This document shows, piece by piece, positions 1 through 9,918 of a DNA stretch of 64,000 nucleotides. Position 1 is the stretch's first letter. Every line of letters starts with the position of its first letter. This stretch comes from Alphaproteobacteria bacterium. Its GTDB lineage: Bacteria; Pseudomonadota; Alphaproteobacteria; Rs-D84. The position numbers and the translations under genes were made by a program. Under the pieces are notes generated by a model. It searched no databases. It saw only the letters and a program-made list of their open reading frames with translations, and had not been told where the DNA came from. The DNA lies in assembly GCA_016927735.1 (NCBI GenBank), contig JAFGMC010000010.1, forward strand, positions 5,649 to 69,648, in the 5' to 3' direction.

Positions 1-2
1 AA

Positions 3-371
3 ACAGCGCCAACAACTCCAATACTTGGTGTTACCAAGGGTTTGGTTCGTGATGGTGACGAACATTTTATTATACCGAATGGTAAAACCGAAAGAAATAT
101 TCCAAAAGACTCAAAATTATTTTTATTATTACGTGCCGTTCGTGACGAGGCACATCGTTTTGCTATTTCATTTCATCGGGCGCAATATGCAAAAACTATG
201 ACTGCCAGCAAATTGGATGATATCGAAGGAATTGGCCCAACAAGAAAACGTGCATTGTTGAATCATTTTGGTTCGGTCCGACAAATTGCGGATGCAGAAT
301 TGAACGCTCTGATTCATGTTCCAGGTCTTGGGAAATCGGCTGCTGAAAAAATATATTCATATTTTCATTAA
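3..371 (+). CDS. uvrC: Excinuclease ABC subunit C, C-terminal part (5' truncated by window edge)
   Basis: RDEAHRFAI motif and HhH motifs (IEGIGPTRKRALLNHFGS, VPGLG); frame is open back to position 3. Confidence 0.95.
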   Translation, partial: TAPTTPILGVTKGLVRDGDEHFIIPNGKTERNIPKDSKLFLLLRAVRDEAHRFAISFHRAQYAKTMTASKLDDIEGIGPTRKRALLNHFGSVRQIADAELNALIHVPGLGKSAAEKIYSYFH

Positions 372-408
372 TAAGGGATATAATTATATCATTAAAAGGA
401 GAACCCCT

Positions 409-1008
409 ATGAAAGCTTTTGTAAATTTTCTATCAATATTTAGAATACTTGCAGCATTTGCACTTATTCCAACAATAATGTTCCAAATGTATTGGTTAAC
501 ATTTATCTTGTACTTTTTGGCAGCAGCCTCTGACTTCTTTGATGGGTGGTTGGCAAGAAAATATAAAGTCACCAGTAAAGTTGGTGGTGTCTTGGATCAT
601 ATTGGGGACAAACTGTTGGTTGTTAATACATTGATTCTTTTGACAATAATGATGCCTGTATGGTTTATAATTATCCCTGTAATCTTAATGATTGCACGCG
701 AATTATATATCAGTGGTCTGCGCGAATTTTTGGGAACACAAAAAGTTGAAATGCCCGTTCCAAAATCCAGATTTTCTATGGGAAAAATTAAAACACTATT
801 ACAAATGAAGGCAATAGGCACATTTCTGTTAATGTTTGCAATGGGGTCAATGATCACACCTGATATGACCAGTAAGGTTTTGATGTATGCAATATACTAT
901 CTTCCATTTATTGCTGTTGGATTATTGTGGTTATCATTATTGGCAAGTATTTGGTCAGCCACCGAATACACATTTACATTTGTGGAAAAGTTAAAAAAGA
1001 TAAAATAA
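409..1008 (+). CDS. pgsA: CDP-diacylglycerol--glycerol-3-phosphate 3-phosphatidyltransferase
   Basis: CDP-alcohol phosphotransferase motif DFFDGWLARK...G..LDHIGDK; start moved to ATG 409 after AGGAG RBS; follows uvrC as usual. Confidence 0.9.
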   Translation: MKAFVNFLSIFRILAAFALIPTIMFQMYWLTFILYFLAAASDFFDGWLARKYKVTSKVGGVLDHIGDKLLVVNTLILLTIMMPVWFIIIPVILMIARELYISGLREFLGTQKVEMPVPKSRFSMGKIKTLLQMKAIGTFLLMFAMGSMITPDMTSKVLMYAIYYLPFIAVGLLWLSLLASIWSATEYTFTFVEKLKKIK

Positions 1009-1033
1009 AAAACCCGCCAAATGGCGGATTTTT
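1007..1033. terminator. Bidirectional intrinsic terminator between pgsA and dnaJ
   Basis: CCGCC/GGCGG stem flanked by A and T tracts between convergent genes. Confidence 0.75.
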
Positions 1034-2171
1034 AAAACCAACTTTTTTTATCTGGTTTTGAATCAGCGAAATCTTTTAATATTTTCTTTTGTTTTTCATT
1101 TAACTTTGTTGGAACAGGCATCACAACTTCTATATATAAATCACCAAAGCTGCCGCTGCGTCTGACTGTTGGCATACCATGTCCACGAACACGTAATTTT
1201 TCACCAATTTGTGTACCAGCTGTTATCTTTACTGATAATTTTTTATCATCAATTGTTTCAATTTCAATTTCACCACCCAATACAAGTGTGGTAAATGGTA
1301 CATTTTCTTTTATCAATAAATCACTGCCCAATCTTGTAAATTTCTTATCTGGACGGATTCTAATATCTAAATAGAAATCACCATTTTTTGCACCCAATGC
1401 GCCTGCTTCACCCTGACCTGCTAAACGAAGTCTGGCACCATCTTCAATACCAGCAGGAATTTCAACATCAATTGTTCTTTGTTTATGAACAGCCCCGAGA
1501 CCTTCGCATGCAGAACATTTTTTCTTTATCTTGCGTCCCAATCCCTGACAATCTGGACATGGTACTTCGACTGTAAAAAATCCTTTTTGCGCATGAACCG
1601 CGCCCGCGCCATGACAACGTTCACAAACAGGTGCCTGTTTACCATCATCAGTTCCAAAACCACCACATTTTTCACATTTTACATTGCTAGAAAATTTAAC
1701 TGTATGTTTTTTTCCGAAATAAGAATCTTTTAAATCTATAACTACTTCGTCCAATAAATCACGCCCAGTCCGTGCATTACCAGATGCACGTCCTTCGCCA
1801 CCACCAAAACCATCAAATCCAAAGCCCCGCATAGCCTCACGCAGGATATCTTCCATACCGCCGCCATTGCCACCACCCATATTAAAATGAAAATCACCAT
1901 TACCAAATGGATTGCCACCACCAAAACCAGCACCTGCACCATTACCCCCAGCAAATGCGGTATCACCAAAGCGATCATAAGCTGCACGTTTTTGAGAATC
2001 ACGCAAAATATCAAAAGCGTTGTTAATCTCTTTAAATTTTTCTTCAGAAGCCTTATCTCCTGAATTTTTATCAGGATGATATTTCATTACTAATTTATGA
2101 TACGCTTTTTTTATATCTGCATCCGATGCATCACGCTGGACACCCAGAATTTCATATGGACTCTTATTCAT
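1032..2171 (-). CDS. dnaJ: Molecular chaperone DnaJ
   Basis: J-domain with HPD, G/F-rich region, four CxxCxGxG repeats. Confidence 0.97.
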   Translation of the reverse strand: MNKSPYEILGVQRDASDADIKKAYHKLVMKYHPDKNSGDKASEEKFKEINNAFDILRDSQKRAAYDRFGDTAFAGGNGAGAGFGGGNPFGNGDFHFNMGGGNGGGMEDILREAMRGFGFDGFGGGEGRASGNARTGRDLLDEVVIDLKDSYFGKKHTVKFSSNVKCEKCGGFGTDDGKQAPVCERCHGAGAVHAQKGFFTVEVPCPDCQGLGRKIKKKCSACEGLGAVHKQRTIDVEIPAGIEDGARLRLAGQGEAGALGAKNGDFYLDIRIRPDKKFTRLGSDLLIKENVPFTTLVLGGEIEIETIDDKKLSVKITAGTQIGEKLRVRGHGMPTVRRSGSFGDLYIEVVMPVPTKLNEKQKKILKDFADSKPDKKSWF

Positions 2172-2320
2172 AATATTAACCTAAATATGTTTTTGCTGCC
2201 CTTAATATATAATAATCTAGTAAAAATAATCAAGTGGTTAAGAACGAATCATTGTCAACCTGATAAAAAAATTTATTCTTTCACTTGATTGAAATCGAAT
2301 AATGTTTTAATAATTGGGCT

Positions 2321-4300
2321 ATGGTCGAAAAAATTAATCATTCTTATGACGCATCTGATATCCAAGTTTTAGAGGGTTTAGAACCAGTTCGCTTGCGTCC
2401 AGGCATGTATATCGGTGGAACGGACGAGAAAGCCTGGCACCATTTACCTGTTGAAATTATGGATAACTCTATTGACGAGGCAGTTGCTGGATTCGCAAAA
2501 AAAATTACTGTTAATATGATAGACAGTAAAACTATTGAAATTATTGATGATGGTCGCGGTATCCCTGTTGATGAACATCCAAAATATCCTGGAAAATCTG
2601 CATTGGAAGTTATTCTTACATCACTTCATTCTGGCGGTAAATTTAATAACAATGTTTACAAAACAAGTGGTGGATTGCATGGTGTTGGCAGCAGTGTTGT
2701 TAATGCCCTGTCATCAGAAATGATTGTTAATATTTTCAGAGATGGATTTGTTTGGACACAAACTTTTTCACGTGGCAAACCAACCAGCCAAATAATCAAG
2801 GGTGATGCAACCAAGAATCATGGTACATCTATACGTTTTACATTGGATGATCAAATATTTGGTGCTGCGGCAGTATTCAAGCCTGTAAAAATTTATCGTA
2901 TGGCACGTGCCAAGGCTTTTCTATCCAGCGGGGTCCGCGTTGAATGGAAATGTAATCCAGAAATTCTGACCGAAGACATGAATATAGAGGCAGAAACTAA
3001 TTTCTATTATCCAAATGGTGTTGCTGATTTCTTGGAAGGCAAAACAAATTCAAAACCACGTATATTGCCAAAAATATTCAACGGTAATGTTGATTTTCCT
3101 GATGATTCTGGACATGTTGAGTGGGCTTTGACATTTTTAACAGATGAAAATGGTGCGGCGTCTGATGATGGATTCTTTGCTTCATATTGCAATACTATTG
3201 CAACTATTGATGGCGGAACACACGAATCGGGATTTAAATCTGCAATTACCAAGGGTTTAAAAAACTATGGTGAAAAGATAAATAACAAATCTGCCAGCAC
3301 AATTATCAGCGAAGATGTATTTGATTCTGTTGCTGCCATTGTTTCTGTTTTTTATAAATCACCACAATTCTTGGGTCAAACCAAAGAAAAACTTTCAAAT
3401 CCAGAAATTGCAAGATTTACAGAAAACGCTTTACGTGATCCTTGGGAAATTTTTTTGGCATCTGATCCAAAAACCGCAAATGCTTTATTAGAATTCGTGG
3501 TTAATCTTGCCAATGCACGTATAAAAACAAAACAAGTCAAAGATATTGCACGTAAAACACCGACCAAACGCGCACGTATGCCTGCAAAACTTGCCGATTG
3601 TTCAAAGCATGGCGTCGCTGGTACAGAGCTGTTTCTGGTCGAAGGGGAATCTGCGGGCGGCACTGCAAAACAAGCGCGTGACCGTGCAACCCAGGCCATT
3701 ATGCCACTACGTGGCAAGGTATTAAACGTTATGTCTAATTCAGATGAACGTTTTACTGCTAACAAAGAATTAAACGAGTTGATTGATATTATCGGTGCCG
3801 GCACCGCCAAGGATTGGGACGAATCCAAATTACGTTATGAAAAAATAATTATAATGACCGATGCGGACGTTGATGGCAGCCATATTGCATCATTGTTAAT
3901 GGGATTCTTTTATCAGTATATGCCGCAACTGATTCATGGTGGACATTTATATTTGTCTTGCCCACCGTTGTATAAATTAACACATGGCTCTGAATCCATT
4001 TATGTTGATACAGATGAAGAACTGGAAGAACTAAAAAATACAAAGTATAAGAATAAAAAGATTGAAACTTCTAGATTCAAGGGACTCGGGGAAATGATGC
4101 CAAATCAGTTGAAAGAAACAACTATGTCAATAAAGACAAGGCGTTTAATTCAGGTTGAATTACCACCAAAAACTGAAGAAGGTGCCGAAGACACTGAAAA
4201 AACGAAGGTATTAATTTCAGAACTTTTGGGTAAAAAACCAGAGTTCAGATTCAAGTTTATAACCGAGCATGCAAAATTTGTAAAAGATTTATTTGTATAA
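2321..4300 (+). CDS. parE: DNA topoisomerase IV subunit B
   Basis: GHKL ATPase (LEGLEPVRLRPGMYIG, GGLHGVG), TOPRIM (EGESA, PLRGK, MTDADVDG); 659 aa, lacking the proteobacterial GyrB insertion. Confidence 0.88.
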   Translation: MVEKINHSYDASDIQVLEGLEPVRLRPGMYIGGTDEKAWHHLPVEIMDNSIDEAVAGFAKKITVNMIDSKTIEIIDDGRGIPVDEHPKYPGKSALEVILTSLHSGGKFNNNVYKTSGGLHGVGSSVVNALSSEMIVNIFRDGFVWTQTFSRGKPTSQIIKGDATKNHGTSIRFTLDDQIFGAAAVFKPVKIYRMARAKAFLSSGVRVEWKCNPEILTEDMNIEAETNFYYPNGVADFLEGKTNSKPRILPKIFNGNVDFPDDSGHVEWALTFLTDENGAASDDGFFASYCNTIATIDGGTHESGFKSAITKGLKNYGEKINNKSASTIISEDVFDSVAAIVSVFYKSPQFLGQTKEKLSNPEIARFTENALRDPWEIFLASDPKTANALLEFVVNLANARIKTKQVKDIARKTPTKRARMPAKLADCSKHGVAGTELFLVEGESAGGTAKQARDRATQAIMPLRGKVLNVMSNSDERFTANKELNELIDIIGAGTAKDWDESKLRYEKIIIMTDADVDGSHIASLLMGFFYQYMPQLIHGGHLYLSCPPLYKLTHGSESIYVDTDEELEELKNTKYKNKKIETSRFKGLGEMMPNQLKETTMSIKTRRLIQVELPPKTEEGAEDTEKTKVLISELLGKKPEFRFKFITEHAKFVKDLFV

Positions 4301-4312
4301 AAATAGTTTATT

Positions 4313-4341
4313 AAAAAACCGCCAAACTGGCGGTTTTTTTT
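4313..4341. terminator. Bidirectional intrinsic terminator
   Basis: AAAAAACCGCCA-AAC-TGGCGGTTTTTTTT. Confidence 0.85.
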
Positions 4342-4344
4342 AAA

Positions 4345-5568
4345 TTATCTTACACCAACGGTGAATTCATCACCCCAACCAGCGACAACCTGCCCACCAA
4401 CTGTACAGCTGATATCTTCGAATCCGTTTTCTTCTTGATTCTTCTTTATAACACTGCTGGTTATCAATCCGCCCGCTGTTCCCAGAACTACACCAGCAAC
4501 AGAGTCAGATACCAAACGTGATTTATTAAATTCACCTTCTTTATCTTTCCAAACACTTATACCCATTCCTGATTGCATTTCTTTAATACTTATGGTCAAA
4601 GATTTAATTGTGTTTTCAGAATTTATTACTGCCTGACTCTTTTTCAATCTGATATCTATAAGTATTTTCAACTTTGTTATGTTATTATCAAAGTTCATCT
4701 GAGATCTATTATCATCATTTGTACAATAATCTATAATTTCTTGAACTAATTTAATTATTTCTTCGTCATCAGAATATTTTAACTGAACTTCACGCAACCA
4801 ATTAATTGTTAATTCGTCACATTCTGAAACCTTTGATTTTTTCACAGGCGAATTTACAATTACAATTGGTTTATTTATACATTGTTTTTTTGCCGCATTC
4901 CAAATCTTTGACTTATCAGAACATTTACATTCTTTTTTATCTTTGTCCCATATTGTGCCATTTGCATTTTCACAATTATTTTGAGCTTCGGTTTTTGCTA
5001 CTACACATTTACCTGCATTATCTGCAACAAGCCCATTTTTACAAGTTTTTGCTTTACATATAAGATGCGGTCCGGATCGACAAATAAGTTCAAAACTTTC
5101 ACCACTTGTATCGGTAATATCAAGACCACTACAATCAATTATTGTCATATTTTTATTCAAAGCCTTGCCCACAGGTATTGTATAATTCCTATATTTACAT
5201 ACATCCTGTGAAACCGGTATCCAACAATCGGAACCAAAACCACATTCTGCACATGTGTATTTTGTTTTTATATTTATAACCTGACCATTAAAAACATGTC
5301 CTGCATTCATTTCCAAAGTCTTACCATATGGACAAAATTCATCATCACATTCCCACGCTTTACCATCCCCAGAACCGTACTTACCAGTATTAAGATAACC
5401 TGCCTCACTTTTATCAAATTCTGTTTTATTTACATATAAAAATTCGTTATCCGTAGGGGACTGATTTCCAATGTATGTAATTGCATTTGGACCGCACGTC
5501 CCAGCATTGGCATTACTAATAAATCCTAGAACAACCAAAAATATTGAAAAAACGGCTAATTTTCTCAT
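4345..5568 (-). CDS. Cys-rich secreted hypothetical protein with C-terminal glycine-zipper-like segment
   Basis: 407-aa ORF, signal peptide (..ANA|G), about 19 Cys, AGVVLGTAGGLIT segment, GGGGG RBS. Confidence 0.8.
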   Translation of the reverse strand: MRKLAVFSIFLVVLGFISNANAGTCGPNAITYIGNQSPTDNEFLYVNKTEFDKSEAGYLNTGKYGSGDGKAWECDDEFCPYGKTLEMNAGHVFNGQVINIKTKYTCAECGFGSDCWIPVSQDVCKYRNYTIPVGKALNKNMTIIDCSGLDITDTSGESFELICRSGPHLICKAKTCKNGLVADNAGKCVVAKTEAQNNCENANGTIWDKDKKECKCSDKSKIWNAAKKQCINKPIVIVNSPVKKSKVSECDELTINWLREVQLKYSDDEEIIKLVQEIIDYCTNDDNRSQMNFDNNITKLKILIDIRLKKSQAVINSENTIKSLTISIKEMQSGMGISVWKDKEGEFNKSRLVSDSVAGVVLGTAGGLITSSVIKKNQEENGFEDISCTVGGQVVAGWGDEFTVGVR

Positions 5569-5650
5569 AAAAATCCCCCTATTAATGTCATAATTGTATC
5601 ATAAAACTGGGAAAATAAAAAGATAAAATAAAGGAACAGTTATTTGAAGA

Positions 5651-6928
5651 TTATCTACATTCTTCAATCATTTGATTAATTTCAGTTGCCAAAATCAAAT
5701 CTGATGATTTGGCTTTTTCAATCTGGGAAATTGCATACAAAACAGTGGCATGATCACGATCCCCACAAATACGACCAATTTCAGAAAGCGATAATTTAGT
5801 AACTGATTTTAATGCGACCATCATAATTTGACGTGCACGAACCAATGTTCTGCTGCGACCCTTGCCACAAATTTCATCAAATGATACACCTAGTTTTTCA
5901 CACATTGTTTTTACCATTGATAACGGGGTCTTATTTTTCTGTAAAGTATCTGTCAGTAATTTTTCTGCAACATCCATTGTCACTTTTTCATTCATCAATT
6001 CTGTATAGGTCTTGATTTTCATTGCAACGCCATTTATTAAATGACCATCACCTGTAATACGACTTGATAAAGTTTCTGCAACATTCAAGGCAACACCACT
6101 GCGTAACAACATTGTCTTGCGAACATTTTTATTTGGTGCAGCCACATCCGCAACCAGACCAGATGCAAATATTGATTGCAGTCTGCGATCAAAACCAGAC
6201 AAGTTGCTGGGGGCAGAATTAGATGTCAAAACAACCTTTTTGTTTGCACCACGTAAATCAGTCAATAAATGTAAAAATTCTTCTGTTGTTGCACGCTTGC
6301 CAGCCAAAACATGTACATCATCCATAATAAAAGTATCACAATTACGACAAAAATCTTTAAATGCGAAAATTGAATGTTCACGCAGACTGCGACTGAATTC
6401 AGATACAAATTGTGATCCAGTCATCATTAATGTGCGACCCACAGCTTCTGTGTTTATACATTCGGTCAATAAACTTTTGCCACAACCTGTTGATCCATAC
6501 ATAAATAAAAGTGAAAAGGATGCAGATCCAGATGCCAATTTTCTGCAAGCAGATACAACAAAAGAATTTTCTTCAGAAGTTATAAAATTATTAAATGCGA
6601 TAGATGTTTGTGCTGATGCTGCTGTTGGAACAAAAATCTTTGTTTCATTATCATTTGCAGACTGTACTATATTTTGTGAAGTCACACCCGATCCAATATG
6701 CAACGACAAATTAAAATCTGCAGCAACAGATTCCAAAATATTTAAATAAACGTTTTTAATAAAATCAGTAGAGAATTGGTTAGGGGTAATTAAAGAAAGG
6801 GTCGTATCAGATAAATCAAATTCAAGGGGCGCAATCCAAGAGCTATATGCCGCAGAATCCATTTTTGTAGCTATTGCTATTTTGATAGATTCCAGATCAA
6901 CTACTTGTATTTTTCCCAAAGCCTGCAT
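5651..6928 (-). CDS. dnaA: Chromosomal replication initiator DnaA (divergent)
   Basis: Domain I (YSSWIAPL), Walker A GSTGCGKS, Walker B FIMDD, domain IV SLSEIG..RDHATVLYA; start at ATG 6928 after AGGAG RBS. Confidence 0.88.
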   Translation of the reverse strand: MQALGKIQVVDLESIKIAIATKMDSAAYSSWIAPLEFDLSDTTLSLITPNQFSTDFIKNVYLNILESVAADFNLSLHIGSGVTSQNIVQSANDNETKIFVPTAASAQTSIAFNNFITSEENSFVVSACRKLASGSASFSLLFMYGSTGCGKSLLTECINTEAVGRTLMMTGSQFVSEFSRSLREHSIFAFKDFCRNCDTFIMDDVHVLAGKRATTEEFLHLLTDLRGANKKVVLTSNSAPSNLSGFDRRLQSIFASGLVADVAAPNKNVRKTMLLRSGVALNVAETLSSRITGDGHLINGVAMKIKTYTELMNEKVTMDVAEKLLTDTLQKNKTPLSMVKTMCEKLGVSFDEICGKGRSRTLVRARQIMMVALKSVTKLSLSEIGRICGDRDHATVLYAISQIEKAKSSDLILATEINQMIEECR

Positions 6929-6948
6929 GCCGTTTCTCCTTTCCTTCC

Positions 6949-7126
6949 CAGGGACAGTGTTTGTCGCACCATCCAAAAGAGTTTCCTGCCGCACAAGATG
7001 CAAAAACCACCTGTACATAAACACTAAATTCTACTGGTATTAAACTATATAGAATTTAGTTTTTATGTGACATCCCTGTTATTAGTTTTTTGATTGATGT
7101 TTCAATCGTCTTGGATACGACAGACA
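6949..7126 (-). promoter_or_regulatory. Structured 5' leader or candidate ncRNA upstream of dnaA
   Basis: Inverted repeats 7015-7033/7050-7068 (1 mismatch), 6958-6980/7109-7126 and 6949-6955/7072-7078. Confidence 0.5.
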
Positions 7127-7254
7127 AGTTATAATATAATTTTCAATTTGCAACTTTTTATTGCACTTTTTTTTAATATTTATCTTTTGACACCGATTCG
7201 TTTTTTTGCCAGTTTTCTGCATGTTGTATAGACATTGTATTGACAATAAGACAT

Positions 7255-8277
7255 TTATATTCTTACATATCCACCATCTTGTTTTCGGGCTTTACCCTGC
7301 AGTTCTAAGACAACTAAATCACCTTTTATTTCCGAAACACTTTTTTTGACAAGTTCTGCCAATACAGATTCCGACATTGGAATTATACCAAGTTTGTCTA
7401 GTAGTTCATTTTCTATTTCTTTTTTTTCTGAAATATTTTTATTTTTATTATTGTACTGTTCTTTATCAAAGAAATCTTCCGAACCAGTGCATAATTTTGC
7501 ACGACCTTCTTTAATCAATTTATTCGGTCCAAAAGACCTTTGGTCTGATGGATGTGAAGGAATCGCGTACACTTCCCTACCATATTCAATCGCAAATCGT
7601 GCAGTTGTCATACTGCCTGATTTTAAATCAGCCTCGCCCAGGATTAATTTTTCACAAATCCCTGCAACCCAACGATTACGTTGAATAAAATTATTTGCAA
7701 CCGGTATCATACCAACAGGCATTTCACTGATTATCGCACCCCTTTCTATTATTTTATTATACAAAGATTCGTTTTCCAGTGGCCAAATATAATCAACACC
7801 ACCAGCCAATACAGCTATTGTTTGCGAATCGCCAGACGTTTGTAATGCCCCGTTATGTGCGCCAGTATCTGTTCCAATTGCCATACCAGATACAACAACA
7901 TGATTATTTTCTGCAAATGACGTGGCCAGACCTGATATAAATTTTATTCCTGCACCTGTTGCATGACGTGTACCAACCATACTTACTGCGGTTTTTTTAA
8001 AGACAGAAATATTTCCACGCAATGTTAAAATTGGTGGGTGATTTTTTATTTCTCTTAATTTATGTGGGTACAATGAATCTTCATCTGATAAATAAATTAT
8101 TCCTAATTTATCTGCCTTTTCAATTTCACGTTTTACAGAGTCTTTAAAACTCTCATTATATAACAAAGAATCTGCTGCTGCGCCAACACTACCAAATTTA
8201 CGAATCAATTCATTATATTTAACAGGACCAATTCCAGGGGTTCGCAAAATCAAAAGCTTATAAAATAAATCATTCAT
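7255..8277 (-). CDS. dprA: DNA processing protein DprA
   Basis: VGTR, VSGMAIGTD..AH, NRWVAG, SGSMTTARFA and GREVYAIP motifs; C-terminal winged helix. Confidence 0.95.
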   Translation of the reverse strand: MNDLFYKLLILRTPGIGPVKYNELIRKFGSVGAAADSLLYNESFKDSVKREIEKADKLGIIYLSDEDSLYPHKLREIKNHPPILTLRGNISVFKKTAVSMVGTRHATGAGIKFISGLATSFAENNHVVVSGMAIGTDTGAHNGALQTSGDSQTIAVLAGGVDYIWPLENESLYNKIIERGAIISEMPVGMIPVANNFIQRNRWVAGICEKLILGEADLKSGSMTTARFAIEYGREVYAIPSHPSDQRSFGPNKLIKEGRAKLCTGSEDFFDKEQYNNKNKNISEKKEIENELLDKLGIIPMSESVLAELVKKSVSEIKGDLVVLELQGKARKQDGGYVRI

Positions 8278-8323
8278 AGAATAAGTATAAACTTTTAATA
8301 ATTTTGTTAAAAGTTAAATTATT

Positions 8324-8352
8324 AAAAAACCGCGCATGGTGCGCGGGATTTT
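8324..8352 (-). terminator. Intrinsic terminator
   Basis: CCGCGCA-TGG-TGCGCGG stem with A tract on the + strand (U tract on the - strand). Confidence 0.7.
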
Positions 8353-9145
8353 ATATTGTCAGTAATACATCATAATTTAGATCGCATTCTGTTGGTTTTT
8401 CTGGAGCATCTGCCTCAGTCCAAATATCACTTTCGCATTCTTTTTTCAAATCTTGTAAGTAAGTTTTGAATTTATTATATTGCGCCGTATCTTTTTCTTT
8501 CAACACCAGCAGTTGGGAACGTATCAATTCATTTTGATTCAAACCCTTTTGTCCCTGCACATCGCCACCAATTAATTTATTTCCAAATAATTCCATTGCA
8601 CCAACACCAATACCCGCGCCACCAACTGCGCCTGCAACAGTACCCCATGTTCTATTTGATTTTTTGGCATCCAAAATACGATTTCTAATTTTCCCACTAT
8701 CTGCCCAGCTACCACAAACTATACTTTGACCCATTTCATAATAAACAGGATCAATATCATAAACACTAATTTTTGAATCTGATGATTTTAAATCAACACG
8801 AACAAAGCAAACATTATTTTCAGGTGTTTCAGTATCTTCTATCATAGAAGAATAGTTAGAAACATCACTATATTTCGATGCCCAAACAAAAGTGTTACCT
8901 GCACCAATATTATTATTTATACAATCTTGCTTTTTCTTTTCAATTGTTGCAATTGCAGCTGCTGTATCAGTCGCTGTGGTTCCAGCCCTGACCGTTGCTG
9001 TTGCGGAAATTTGATTTTTTGACACCGTTGCACGTGGCGCACTGCCCCACTGCGTTGCCATACTGCGACGATCAGTAGAGGTTTCAGCTGCAAAAGCAGA
9101 AGTCCCAACTAATAAAATAATTAAGAAAGACAATAATTTATTCAT
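8351..9145 (-). CDS. Secreted hypothetical protein with glycine zipper
   Basis: Signal peptide (SAFA|A), GTVAGAVGGAGIGVGA segment, several Cys. Confidence 0.8.
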   Translation of the reverse strand: MNKLLSFLIILLVGTSAFAAETSTDRRSMATQWGSAPRATVSKNQISATATVRAGTTATDTAAAIATIEKKKQDCINNNIGAGNTFVWASKYSDVSNYSSMIEDTETPENNVCFVRVDLKSSDSKISVYDIDPVYYEMGQSIVCGSWADSGKIRNRILDAKKSNRTWGTVAGAVGGAGIGVGAMELFGNKLIGGDVQGQKGLNQNELIRSQLLVLKEKDTAQYNKFKTYLQDLKKECESDIWTEADAPEKPTECDLNYDVLLTI

Positions 9146-9220
9146 TCCTCAATCCCTATCTAGATGGGTCTATTATATCACAAATTAGCCTTTTAATAAA
9201 GTAGAAATAAAGTCTATTAA

Positions 9221-9250
9221 TAATAAAACCGCCATATGGCGGTTTTATTA
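9221..9250. terminator. Intrinsic terminator (30-bp perfect palindrome) downstream of plsY
   Basis: TAATAAAACCGCCATATGGCGGTTTTATTA. Confidence 0.8.
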
Positions 9251-9835
9251 TTTTTTCCACTTCCATTCAATTTTTGATTCTATGCCTTTGACCAGTCTAA
9301 TTATGTTTTCCTTATGTCTCCATAGACACAAAGCTGATATTGCAATAAAAATCAACCCCATGTTAAAGCTTATTGCAAAACCCAGAAATGGTAATATCAA
9401 AAATCCGACTATTGCACCAGCAGATGAATAACCGGTTGTAAATGCAATAAACAACCATTCAATTCCACATATAATAAAAGAAAGCGGACTTATTGCCAAC
9501 AACACACCAAACATTGATGAATTACCTTTACCACCTTTGAATTTTAACCATATTGGATAACAGTGTCCAAAAATCGCAAAAAAACCACACAGCGCACCAA
9601 AACTTTCCCCTACTAAATAAATTCCCAATAATACCGCTACGATTGATTTTGCCATATCCAACAACCAAACCAGACCTGCTAATTTTAATCCACCGGCGCG
9701 CATAACGTTTGTTGCACCAATATTACCGCTACCAACCTTTCTTAAATCACCCTTGCCCGCTGCTTTGGCTATTAGTAATCCAAAAGGGATACTGCCCAAC
9801 AAATATGAAATTATTATTCCTATTACGTAAATCAT
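9248..9835 (-). CDS. plsY: Glycerol-3-phosphate acyltransferase PlsY
   Basis: YLLGSIPFG, GSGNIGATN, GHCYPIWLKFKGGKG, RHKENI motifs. Confidence 0.96.
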   Translation of the reverse strand: MIYVIGIIISYLLGSIPFGLLIAKAAGKGDLRKVGSGNIGATNVMRAGGLKLAGLVWLLDMAKSIVAVLLGIYLVGESFGALCGFFAIFGHCYPIWLKFKGGKGNSSMFGVLLAISPLSFIICGIEWLFIAFTTGYSSAGAIVGFLILPFLGFAISFNMGLIFIAISALCLWRHKENIIRLVKGIESKIEWKWKK

Positions 9836-9918
9836 TTTATTTTCCTTTTATTTTCCTTGATTTTATGTCTATTTTCTATAAAATACCAAAACATACGGAT
9901 AAATAAAAGGAAAATAAA

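Noticed and set aside
2321-4300. gyrB
   Set aside because: Length and absence of the proteobacterial GyrB insertion fit ParE better
6929-7254. oriC next to dnaA
   Set aside because: No cluster of TTATCCACA-like DnaA boxes seen; the only perfect box noticed is isolated inside ftsK (~55906)
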